NCBI RefSeq assembly: GCF_000400465.1
Contig: NW_008806280.1
Coordinates: forward strand, 90,001-122,000
Origin: Wallemia ichthyophaga EXF-994
Taxonomy: Eukaryota; Fungi; Basidiomycota
Direction: 5' to 3'
Length of the DNA stretch: 32,000 bases
Shown here: positions 1 to 10,270 of the stretch, piece after piece
Position numbering within the stretch: position 1 is the first letter of the stretch
How the letters are laid out: every line of letters starts with the position of its first letter
Program-made: the position numbers and the translations under genes
The notes under the pieces: model-generated
Seen by the model: the letters and a program-made list of their open reading frames with translations, nothing else
Told to the model about the DNA's origin: nothing
The model's database searches: none

Positions 1-885
1 TAGCCAAAGAATAAGATACGCTTTTGCAAGAGAAGAAGTTTCAGTAGGGTGAGTGTTTTGTGTTTGAACTTTAGCACAAGCTCGTGTAGGTTGGTGCCTG
101 TGTTAAGAACAGCCTGGTTAGTGTAATCGAGCAAGCTGTGTTCAAGCGACTGGTGAAATTGGACAAGCAGCTGTCGTTCGCTGAAGTTGCGCTGGTGAAA
201 AAAGGCACGCGTGATGACGCCGAGCTTGTCCCTGTTGAGCGTGAGCGTGTAAGAAGCGAGCAGTCACCAGCAATGCAACCCACCTTATTGGTCCAAAAAC
301 TGGCTTAGTAGTGAGTACCACGATTGCCTTCTGGACAATTGACCTGGTAACATGGCTATCTCTTTCGATCAACTCACTCGCCTTGAGCTGCCGATTGCAA
401 CTAATACCGAAGACGGTGGATTTGCCGAGCTTGCCGTCCTCCGGCGGCTTCAAGTGAAAGTAGGAAAAGTCCTCTTGCGTCATATGTGCGCCGTCAGGGA
501 GAGCGAGGAAAGGGAGAAGACGGGCAAATTCGGAGTCAGTGACGGTATTTGGTGGGTGGCAGAACTCAATAATTGGGCCGAGATTGTGATGGAAGTCTAT
601 GAGTAGAGTTGCGAGGAGTGGATCGTTCTCGCTACGCTGCGATTGTGCGGCAGAAATATCATCGCTAGTTGAGCGTGTAGAATGAGATGAAGGACCTGGC
701 AGTGGCGACGGCAGTGATGGCAGCGTTGCGTGCTTCGTATGCGGTGTATGCTGGGAATGCTCGTACTCGAATGGATTTACATCTTGGTGAAACGGCGTCG
801 GAGTGAGCTTGGATTGAAGTTCCGATAGAGACGCCCGCGGATCTGATGCCCAGGGATCTTGGTCGAATGAGTTTAGGTGGGACAT
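1..885 (-). CDS. AVL9: Late secretory pathway protein Avl9 (DENN-like domain), 3'-truncated by the window edge
   Basis: ATG at 885. Motifs LIDFHHNLGPIIEF, LPFLALPDGAH, FGISCNRQL and VTRSIVQKAIVV. A 52-nt intron at 232-283 (GTGGGT..CAG) joins GPIR to DKLGVITRAFFHQRNF...TLTLLKLLFLQKRILFFG, all typical of the Avl9 family. Confidence 0.9.
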
Positions 886-975
886 GGCCGTGTGTGCGCA
901 AGGAGGTACGTGTGCCTCGAGATTTCCTCCAATTACTGCTGGAATGACACGAAATGTATATTTGTCGCATGAAAT

Positions 976-1869
976 CTAATTTAAAATGATACAGAATCTA
1001 AGAAAGCCGTCGGGAGATGCCATCGTTGACGCCAGCCACGAAATGTCAGCTTCGAGAGGGATAGCTGTGCCGTGAAGAACGGGATAAGCTAGCTGTGGGT
1101 ATTTGGAGCTGTCTGAGGGGAATAGTAAGGGCAACGATGTCGATAAAGCTTGCTGGAGTGTTAACTTTGGCGGAAGAATGTCTTGAATTACAATCTGATC
1201 TGGTAAGATGAATTTGAGCGGGATTGAGCGCGGTTTTGGCGTTTCATTATCATCCATCTCTTTTTCTTTGATTGACAAGGGCAATGGGAGCAATTTGTCC
1301 GCAATTTTGAAGTATTCGTCAATGTCATTCGACTGAATTGAGTGCCACAGCTGCTCAGTTTGATTAGTTTTTAACTGAGTTATGCGCTTAACAGTGCCCC
1401 AGTATATCAGCTGAGATTCCTTCAAACTACCCATGAAGCTCAGTTTGGTGGATTGCAGGTGAGCAGCAGCACTATCAGCAGAATTGGACAAGTGCAGGAT
1501 GAGTTTGAGAGGAGGGGCGTGATTTTTAAGTGGATTATAATTAAACGTGTAATAATCATACGATAGACCAATATTCCAATGCAATTTGAGCTTATCGGGG
1601 ATGTTATTAGCGGTCGTGTTGCTCTCGGGCAAATCAACGACTTCAAACCAAATATCGTCGTCGTTGATACTGTTAAGCTGGTTGGAGCTATGATTTGATT
1701 GCAGGAACGCATATTTCAATTGCTGGTATATGAAAAATGGGTAGGAATTTCTATACGCCGTGAAGTAAACGGTATCTAGCACGCTAAGGCCATCTTTTCT
1801 AACAGAGAGTTCCAAGGAGACGGTAGAATTCCAATTGAGACTCCTAAAGTAATTCAAGTCAGAGGACAT
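976..1869 (-). CDS. ATG5: Autophagy protein 5 (Atg12-conjugation target), intronless, 297 aa
   Basis: Likely start is the Met at 1869 (MSSDLNYFRSLNW). Motifs IWFE, LKLHWNIGLSYD, FMGSLKESQLIYWG, EQLWHSI, RSIPLKF, LHGTAIP and SPDGFLRFCI match the Atg5 pattern. Confidence 0.9.
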   Translation of the reverse strand: MSSDLNYFRSLNWNSTVSLELSVRKDGLSVLDTVYFTAYRNSYPFFIYQQLKYAFLQSNHSSNQLNSINDDDIWFEVVDLPESNTTANNIPDKLKLHWNIGLSYDYYTFNYNPLKNHAPPLKLILHLSNSADSAAAHLQSTKLSFMGSLKESQLIYWGTVKRITQLKTNQTEQLWHSIQSNDIDEYFKIADKLLPLPLSIKEKEMDDNETPKPRSIPLKFILPDQIVIQDILPPKLTLQQALSTSLPLLFPSDSSKYPQLAYPVLHGTAIPLEADISWLASTMASPDGFLRFCIILN

Positions 1870-1939
1870 TTGAATCGTCTGCTCGGTATGAAGATTCAAA
1901 CTAAGTTGAACGGGTAAAAACAAGGCTAGAAGGACTACG

Positions 1940-2200
1940 ATGAAATTATTCAACAAGTTCAACAAGAAGAGGAGTAACAAGAAGACCAAGAAGGGAATAT
2001 CCAATACAGATATCATTCCGCACCTCTCGCCGTTTGATCCTTTCACATATAATCACGATCCATTTGCAAAACTAGACGACAGTAAGCAAGAACGGAGACA
2101 AGTGCAGTACAAGAACAATCACCTCAAGAATCCAATCTATAAGCTACCTTCTATCGACGATATCAGTTTACCAGATTTATCCGACAAAGGAGGCGCTTGA
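1940..2200 (+). CDS. Small Lys-rich hypothetical ORF (86 aa), divergent from ATG5
   Basis: ATG-initiated ORF filling the gap between ATG5 and the next gene's TATA-like region. No recognisable family, and no in-frame splice to the downstream gene was found. Confidence 0.3.
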   Translation: MKLFNKFNKKRSNKKTKKGISNTDIIPHLSPFDPFTYNHDPFAKLDDSKQERRQVQYKNNHLKNPIYKLPSIDDISLPDLSDKGGA

Positions 2201-2266
2201 ATGGAATTATACCTTAAGTGAAAAGCAAGACACTGGGTATAAAATACGCGAATATCCATGACTCAA

Positions 2267-2280
2267 TATAAATTATATAA
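2267..2280 (+). promoter_or_regulatory. TATA-like elements (TATAAA, TATATAA) about 60-70 bp upstream of ATG 2340
   Basis: Sequence tataaattatataa upstream of the large CDS. Confidence 0.35.
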
Positions 2281-2339
2281 TGAACCTGTAATATACCGAC
2301 AAGACAGTCTAACACTCTTTGTACCATACCACCACCAAT

Positions 2340-5300
2340 ATGCCACAGCCGAATCATCGTACAATACCTTCACAGTCTCTAAACACACCAAAGCCAGCAA
2401 AGAAGGCTAAGAAAGTTGCAGTAAAGCTTCCCAGCCGTGATGGAAGAAGGGTTCTCGACACAGACAATGCCACGGACACGGGCACTGCCACTTCCACGCC
2501 ACCAGTTATATCCACAATACCCACATCTACTTCACATTTACACCAGTCTCCTGACGATAATGTTATTGATATCTTCCTTCCAGGAAAAGACGCTTGGGAC
2601 GCTATCAAGCAGCGTGGAATAACCAATCAGCTATACAAGCTGGGAATACACACCCAGCCTACACTATCTGAGCAGAAATATGACTCAAACTTTGATACCC
2701 CACCTGAAAATGACTTATTATCCTTTAAAATGGATAGGTTCTTTAATGACTCGCTTGTCGATAGCAAGACACCCAATCCAGACAACTCCACTCTCTCTTT
2801 GTCCAATTTCAACACCACAAGCTTATCGCCGGCTTTGTCTTCTCCGTCGGGCTACTTGCAGCACTCCCCACTCTCAAACACAGGCCATTTAAGTATTCCA
2901 CATACTTCAGCTCCAGCTTCAAACGCCTCACCCAACCCATCCTCACTTGCTGATGTCGAAGAAGTCGAGGAAGTGGAAGAGGTAGAAAACGCGGCGGAAA
3001 ACTTGGCTTATAACACAGAGGCAGTTGATAACACAGTGTCGACTGATAATACTCAGCAACAAGATAACAAAGACCAATTAGAGGTGGAGAATCATCTCAA
3101 TAACACCTCTCCAAACACCTCAATCATCCCAGATGAGGCTCCTCAATTGCCCCCACCCTCTTTCCAAGAACTCAGCAGAGGGTTTGGCTATGAGCTTGAC
3201 TATGAAGACGAACAGGCTCAGCTAGCCCAGCTCGAGAAAGAGGAAAGAAATCACAAAAAGTCCATGTCAGGATTTTCTATCAAGTCCGATAGCCAGCAGT
3301 ATGATAATGATGAGGATGTCCAAGACGCAGTGGATGAAAAGGACGACGGGGCTACAGAGGATACCGCCACTGCTCAAGACACTGACGCTGAAGCAGTTGA
3401 AGACATTTTCAAAGCAGAAAGTTTAGACGGTGAGTGCGAGTGTCTCACTACACCAAACACTCCTAACACTTTTCGCAGATAACAACACCAACACTGATAT
3501 TGATGAACAAGCCTTCAATTACGAGCTGTATGAGCTGCAGAGAAAGGACACAGAGGCTGACGAACAAGTGCAGCTTCAGCGCGATCAAGAAGAAAACACC
3601 AAAATACCATCCGCATATCCCAAAAGCGCTCTCAAACCGACTGTTACAGAGTTTGTCCCCGCAGCTCCTGCAGCTCCTTTCAAAGACAGCACCAACGAGT
3701 ACAACTCAGCTTTCAAATTCGATCGGTACTCATTACCAGCGCAATACGACGCACCAAAACAACCTATACCCAATCACATGACCAAACGTCAAAGAGCATC
3801 ATCGCGCGCGACCTCGGGCGAGGGTGATAACTGGTCAGGCTTCGACGTCAACAGTGACGGAGGGGACCTCGACACCTTCTCTAACCCTTCCGATGAAGAG
3901 CGGCTGCTACAGCACCGCCTCAATAGCCGCATGATGTCGAATCATGCTTTACAATTCGGGGGTAAGGAGAATGAGCGTGAGCAGGAGCAGGAGCAGGAGC
4001 AGGAGCAAGATGATGAACACACACTCTCTGCGCCGCTCAACGCACTCAATAGAAAGACGTCGCTCTCTGCTAATGCACCGGTGTTTGAGCCCGGCAACTT
4101 CACTTTCAAGTCTGAGCTGAGTCTGAACCGGAGTGCGCCACCTGAAAGCTCACTGGGGTCGCTTCATAGGACGGAGTCGAAAGAGAGTGAGATGCCTTAT
4201 AAGCGGGGACGCCCTAACCCAAGTGATACCTCGGATGACTGGAAGATTCCATCCACGATCAAGCAGGAAGAGGTCGAGGGCGATGTGTACGATGTCAATG
4301 TCAGTGGTGTGAAGCACTCTGACAGAGAGTGCGAGAGCGTAAACGCTTCGCGCACGAACTTGAGTCTGCAGGATGTGTATCACAAATTGGAGCAGCTATC
4401 TATCAACCTCAAAGCACGCGATGTAGTGACGAGGGACGATCTAAAAGAAGCCATTGAACATGACAGAGGCTTAATAATGGAGGTCTTGTTCCGAAACAGC
4501 TCGTCTGGTGATGTTTTGGCCGCTCTTAAACCACAAATCGCATCACTGAAGCCTGATGAAGACGCAATTGCTACGAGGTTATCAGATTTTGTTAGACCTG
4601 ATATACTGTCGTTGATTAATATGGCGGCTTCAGGTGGGTTGATGTCTTGTCTTATTTCACTCAAGCTCACGCTCACGTCACAGACAAAGAGAAGACGGCA
4701 GATATTATCACAGAACACCTCACAAATTCAGACATATTCACGTCGATCAAGACTGCACTGAGTGACATGGTCAGCAGACACAGTGAGCTTTATGACTCAT
4801 TCCACTCAACACAGACAGAGATTTTCACAAATGCATCCTCGCTGCATGCCAAGCTCGGTGATTTGCCTGACGGGATAACGGCGGCGACGGGTGCGCTCCA
4901 AACTGCGACGGAGAAGCTGAACGCGTACTCATCTCTTCCCGGAGAGCTAAAGGGTATGAGTGAATACGTGAGCGATAATGCAGCGCTTCGCAACGACATC
5001 TCCAAAGCACAATCGCACCATGGCAAGCTGCGCACCGAGAAGGACCGACTGCTTGACAAGCTGCGGGTAGCGGAAGAGGAGCGTGACTCAGCCAAGATAG
5101 AGGCGGATCTATCGCGCCAGTCTAGCCGTAAGATTGAGTCCGATCTCGTCAAGATCGAGGCGACGAATGGCAGTCTGATAGAGAGTCTAAACGGAATGGC
5201 GAACAAGTGCGCGCAGTTTGAGCACCAGTTGGAGGATCTGTTCGACCAGAAGCAGACATGGTACGCAGCTGACCGCGACTACCAGGTGAGGGTGAAGGAG

Positions 5301-5939
5301 CTGGAGATGCAGTTGGAGATGCAGAGCAGGGAGCGTGAGAATAAGATGAGAGCGATTTCGGAGGAGCACGAGCGCATTCAGAATCATGCCGAGGAGCTCG
5401 CCCGTAGCTTACATTCCTCTCATCTCGAAAACACTCGTTTGCACAGCGAGTACGAGGATATGTCGCGAAGCTCCCTCGCTGTCAACCAGGACCTCGCCGC
5501 TAAATGTGGTTTACTTGAGAATCGTAATGCGGAGCTGGAGGATGTGGCTGATGGGGCCAGGGAGTCAGAAGAACAACATCTACAGGCGCATCATGCGGCT
5601 AGCCAACACGTACACGAGCTCGAAGAGAAGGGCGTGCAGGATAAGGCTTTGCTGCAGGAGGCTACTAGCACTATCGAGAGACTTTACGAGGAGATGTCCG
5701 CGACGACGCACGAGATGGCCCATCTTAGGAGGGAAAATGAGGGATTGAAGGGGGGTGCGGGTGTAGATGTGGATGGCAGACGCACGCCCACTAATAAGAA
5801 TTACAAGTCACAAGATGTTCACGCCCCCGTACCCGCTTATAACACACCCGTCTCACCGGCTTTCAGCTCGATATCAAAACTCAGCACTAGCACGGCAGCT
5901 ACCTACCAAGCTGACGATGGATGGTTCTATCCGACGTGA
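2340..5939 (+). CDS. Large disordered/coiled-coil protein (about 1166 aa) with two PAM2-like motifs and a C-terminal DDGWF; candidate Upa2 homolog
   Basis: Exons 2340-3429, 3479-4633 and 4684-5939. Introns GTGAGT..CAG (49 nt) and GTGGGT..CAG (50 nt) join the three ORFs in frame. PAM2-like KSALKPTVTEFVP (3622-3660) and KTSLSANAPVFEPG (4054-4095), a long heptad-rich C-terminal region, and the end YQADDGWFYPT*. Confidence 0.8.
3979..4008 (+). repeat. (GAGCAG)n hexamer repeat encoding an EQ run
   Basis: gagcag x4 followed by gagcaa, within the CDS. Confidence 0.9.
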
Positions 5940-6227
5940 TGAATTATGCTTATTTTAACGCATTTTAGTAATCCAAAGTCGTTGAGGCTGTAGATTGTAT
6001 ATGCGCACCATTGCCTGGAAACATAAAGACCATTTATCGTATATTTTATGTGCACATATGTGTCGATGATGTCATTGATGTTATCTGAGACAGGGTCAGC
6101 TCCGATAAATTCAGCCTTGATAAATTACGCCAAGCTATATAGAAACAAATATTTAGGAGCAAAGACGTTTTGTTAGCCTCATACGACGATTAGAACGTGA
6201 CTTATCCAGCCAAGTTGCGCGTATCAG

Positions 6228-6816
6228 ATGAAGGTGTGTGTGAACTCGGAGGCTGTGTTCGATGGCGAAGACGAGCACGAAATCAGATAGTACTCCTAGA
6301 CGCCACAATCGTCACACACTGTCTCGCTGAAATACTCAGCATCGAGTGAATCTATCATGTCTTCCGGGTCCGCTATATCTGCTGCTAATGACAGCCATGA
6401 AAAATTATATATCCCGGTGATGTACACACACTCATACGGCACCGACGCAGTCATACGTGAGGCTATTCGTCTGTAGGCAGCCAACGTAGTAACAACTCAA
6501 AACAGAGACACTGCCGCTGCCATTCGCAGGTCGCAGCAAGATTGACCGGTCGAGCGCAATACCCAAGACAATGACGATGGGCGGAACTAGCCAGACGAGC
6601 ACAGAGGCTAGAGATAGCAAGAGGAGTGAGGATGCCACGGAGAGGGAGCTAGTGCCACGGCTGGCAGTGAACCAGACGAGCTCGAACAAGGCTAGTGCAG
6701 GATGTGCAGGAGTTTTGCAAGGTGAGTGTAGATAGATGTCTGTGTGAGTGGATACGACGCGGACTGAGCTGCTAAACGCAGGCGACACAGGACTGGATTT
6801 TGAATTTAATAGTTAA
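6228..6816 (+). CDS. Tentative spliced hypothetical protein (about 140 aa, Ser/Thr-rich)
   Basis: Putative introns at 6234-6299, 6457-6505 and 6722-6781 (the last is GTGAGT..CTAAACGCAG) give a continuous frame ending GDTGLDFEFNS*. The 5' end is uncertain. Confidence 0.3.
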
Positions 6817-6869
6817 ATGTAAATGCTATTGATACACTGGAGTTACTAATGTTGTTGGATATATAAGAC

Positions 6870-7157
6870 TCAAACGGCGTCGACTAGCTTTGGACCTTCT
6901 CTATTGGGATGCTGCTGATGCTGCTGATGCTGCTGTCGTTGAGGTGCTGGTTCAGCCCTTGCTTCGTGCCTCTGATTACGCTCATTATTTAGGCCAGAGA
7001 GGAGATTATTGATGAGCTTATAGCGCTGCTCAACCAGGTCATGCTCTACATCATTATCGTCCATTCTTCGAGTGCGTTTGCTTGTGCTGGTTGCTTGGCT
7101 GTCGCTGGGCTTGCACACATCACTACTCCCATCACTCCCAGACCTTTTTCGGTTCAT
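6870..7157 (-). CDS. Small hypothetical protein (95 aa) with basic NLS-like N-terminus and a YxxINxxL helix
   Basis: ATG at 7157 (MNRKRSG...SKRTRR), followed by QRYKLINNLLSGLNNERNQR and a Gln-rich tail. Confidence 0.55.
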   Translation of the reverse strand: MNRKRSGSDGSSDVCKPSDSQATSTSKRTRRMDDNDVEHDLVEQRYKLINNLLSGLNNERNQRHEARAEPAPQRQQHQQHQQHPNREGPKLVDAV

Positions 7158-7223
7158 AATATTTGACCTTTGATATTTTGGATGAAGATCACTCCTTTTA
7201 ACCAAATACACTGCTAAAATTGA

Positions 7224-9864
7224 ATGGAAATCAAAGAATTAATAGAAGGTATGCATGTTTTATATCTTCTGAATATAAGTAACGCTTTCATAGCCACAGA
7301 GGGCTTCAACTTGCTTTTCAATGATAAGATTGAGGAGTCGACACGCGAGCTATCCAAACACAATAATGCGTTTGGTAAAACTGGATTAGGAATTATTCTC
7401 TTCTTACAAGCTGCGTTGGGTATGGAGGATGGCATGATGGAAAGGGCACAGGATCAACTTCTCCAGGCCGAGAAAGCTGCCGACTCTGCCAAGAGAGAGT
7501 GCAGCAATGCAAAGCACAATAAGACTAGATTCGCTAGCGCTGCTCCTTATGTGTGACTGATCACTCGTACAAAACAGCAACCTAACAGCTCCTCACAGGA
7601 GCTACTTGTAGCTGCGAATGTAATTGGGCAATCTATGACTCAGATTTTAACGGAATCCTCTGTTGAAATGATCAAAGCCATTTACAAAGTTGGTTGATTA
7701 CTCATACACGCCCACCCGCACTAATTTTAGAACAGCTCAACAGATCCTATAAGCTGTACAACAACTCGTTCCTCACAGTCTTCCCTGGTGGCGCTGCGTC
7801 TCTGCCAGACACTCCAATAGCTTCTCCTTCGCTATCGAGACAACAATCCACCCAAACACTCAACAAACCAGCCCCACCAAAGCCACAGAAAAGCTTCCTC
7901 GCAAAGAAGTTTGGTAGCTTCTTAGGCGGGGCTGGTGGTGGCACAAATACCGCTCAAATCACCACTCCTCAACCGCCATCCGATGAAGTTGAGGAATTTG
8001 TCATGTCTGGTGCTTGTTTCGGATTCGGATTGTTCGGTTTGGTATTCTCGCTTATGCCGCCAAAGCTGTAGGTTATTTGTGTAATAGCTCCACTGTATAC
8101 TCACTCCATTAAGGAAGAAGCTAATTAACGTTTTTGGGTTCAAGAGCGATAGGAAGGAGGCCCTCAAGGCGTTAAGTCTGAGTGCTAGCTACAAAGATGT
8201 TCACTCATCCTTCGCTGCACTCACCCTCCTCTTCTACACCTCATCCACACTACTTCTTGCTGGTTGGAATGCTGATTCAGAAAATGACATGCGCATGTTC
8301 GAGAAAATTTTGAAAAGGTGCGTCTCATTTTGAACTACAGTCACTATTGAGACGATTTATCAGTTGTGAAGAAAGGTGAGCGTCGACGGGATACAAAGAT
8401 GTATATTCACATCCACAGATATCCAGACGGCACCCTATGGACGCTCAACAGAGCCAAACTGGAGCGTATAAATGGAAATGCTGACAAGGCCCTTGAAATT
8501 TTGGGTAGTACGCTCAACAAAGATGGCGGCTTCCCTCAGGCTGAGGTAATTATAGTTTTTGAATACGCTTGGCTCCTGCTCGCCGAGAATAGGTGGGTTG
8601 CTTTTGTGTTCTAGGATACGCTAACAAACCAACTAGATACCAAGATTCTGCACAATACTTCCTTCATCTGATGAAACTCAATTCGTGGTCACACGCCACA
8701 TACACTCTCTTGGCAGCTGGCTGTCATTTGTCCCATGCGCAGGAGGTAGACACAGAGGAGAACCACGCCAAAGCGCACGAGGAGTTTATGAAGGCAAGTC
8801 TGCGTGGTGTGGATAGAGAGGGTATATGAGCTGACATGATCTCTAGGTGCCCAGTCTCCTCAACGCGAAGAAACTCGGTGGACGTAATATGCCAATGGAG
8901 GATGTGAGAAGGGGTTTGAATTGTGACTGATCAACTAACCAAATCGCCCACACAGTTTGCACAGCGCAAAATAGCATTCTGGAAGCGTAAGCATGAGCGC
9001 CGTGTCGGTGCATGCGCGAAACAGGGCATTAGTGTCGATCCTGAGCGATGGGATTTGGCCATTAAGGTAATTTGGGATGTTGGTAGGAATACACACACAC
9101 ATACTCACACATACTCCAGATTAGTCCGGCAGATGTGAGTGGAGTTTGTATGGCTGGTCTTCACTTGCAGCTGACGCACGTGGTAGGAAATGGCATGTTT
9201 CTGGAACAGCTATGGGAAGATAACACGTCACGCTGCTATCAAGCACATGGAATCTTTGTGTCAACTCACACCTGCACCTCTGATCGAGACTCACCTAGTC
9301 GACATGACCAAGGCGGAGGGCAGCGCAGGTGCAGGTGCAGGCACAATGGAAGATCTGGACACACTCGACGAGAAGGCTGTAAGATGTCTTCTTCTCGGAA
9401 TTCTCCATCGCGCTATCGGAGAGCTGGCCTTGTCTCGCAGATACCTCGACGAGTGTGTGTCTTACAGAGGGCAGATCACTGACGATACTTGGGCGCCTGC
9501 ATTTGCGGCTTACGAGTTAGCGGTGTTGGAGCTGAACGAATGCGACAGACTGACAGCTAAGAGTAGGTCGGACAGCGGTACACCAGATTCCTCAGCTGCG
9601 TCCTTCTCCACGGCGAGGGAGGGCGAAGATGCAGAGGGTGAGAAGGCTGAGAAGGCTGAGACGGATGAAAAGACAGTCGAACCATCCACCGCAAAGACGT
9701 CCAAGGATATCTGGAAGAGGGGTATCGACGCTAGTGAGAAACACCTCGCTCTGGTTGCCTCAGGAGAGTTTGGGACTACGTACGATCTCGAAGGTCGTCA
9801 AGGCACAAGAATGTATTTACTAAAGGATGAGATACAGACCAAAAAGGCACAGATGGAGTTGTGA
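7224..9864 (+). CDS. IML2: Iml2/TTC39 family TPR-like protein (DUF3808), about 11 short introns
   Basis: Segments EGFNLLFNDKI, GIILFLQAALGME, SGACFGFGLFGLVFSLMPPK, GFKSDRKEAL, YPDGTLWTLNRAK, FEYAWLLL, NSWSHATY, LLLGILHRAIG, WAPAFAAYELAVL and YDLEGR are joined by GT/GC-AG introns. Confidence 0.88.
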
Positions 9865-9923
9865 GGGTGGTAAAACTGCTTTTTTTTGTTGCTCTTGTAC
9901 ACAGTTACGTTTCTTTGCTACTC

Positions 9924-10124
9924 TCAGAAAATACTCCCGCTCTGTTTGTATTTGCTAAACCAAAGAGTGAAAATTGTGAGACACAAGACGAGGATGATGG
10001 AGTTGAGGGATTTGTAGAGCTGCTGGTACGCAGGATTGTGGATTGGGTAGGATTTGTATATTACATGCCATTGTCTGAGCGAGTAGCCGATGGAGAGCGC
10101 TGCGAAGATGTACACGGTGCCCAT
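9924..10124 (-). CDS. Orphan 66-aa membrane microprotein
   Basis: ATG at 10124 with a TATATAAAT box about 40 nt upstream (10164-10172 on the minus strand). Hydrophobic segments VYIFAALSIGYSL and SIILVLCLTIFTLWF. The stop lies 59 bp from the convergent IML2 stop. Confidence 0.5.
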   Translation of the reverse strand: MGTVYIFAALSIGYSLRQWHVIYKSYPIHNPAYQQLYKSLNSIILVLCLTIFTLWFSKYKQSGSIF

Positions 10125-10270
10125 GTTGGGTGTTTGGATGCGAGTGGGGGTGTGGGTTTGTGGATTTATATACACAAAATGCAAATTTTAGCAGCGAGAA
10201 ATGCAATTCATTTAAATTATAGAGTACTCTAGCTAATCTATAGAGACAAAAAAAAAGTGAGTCAGACATA

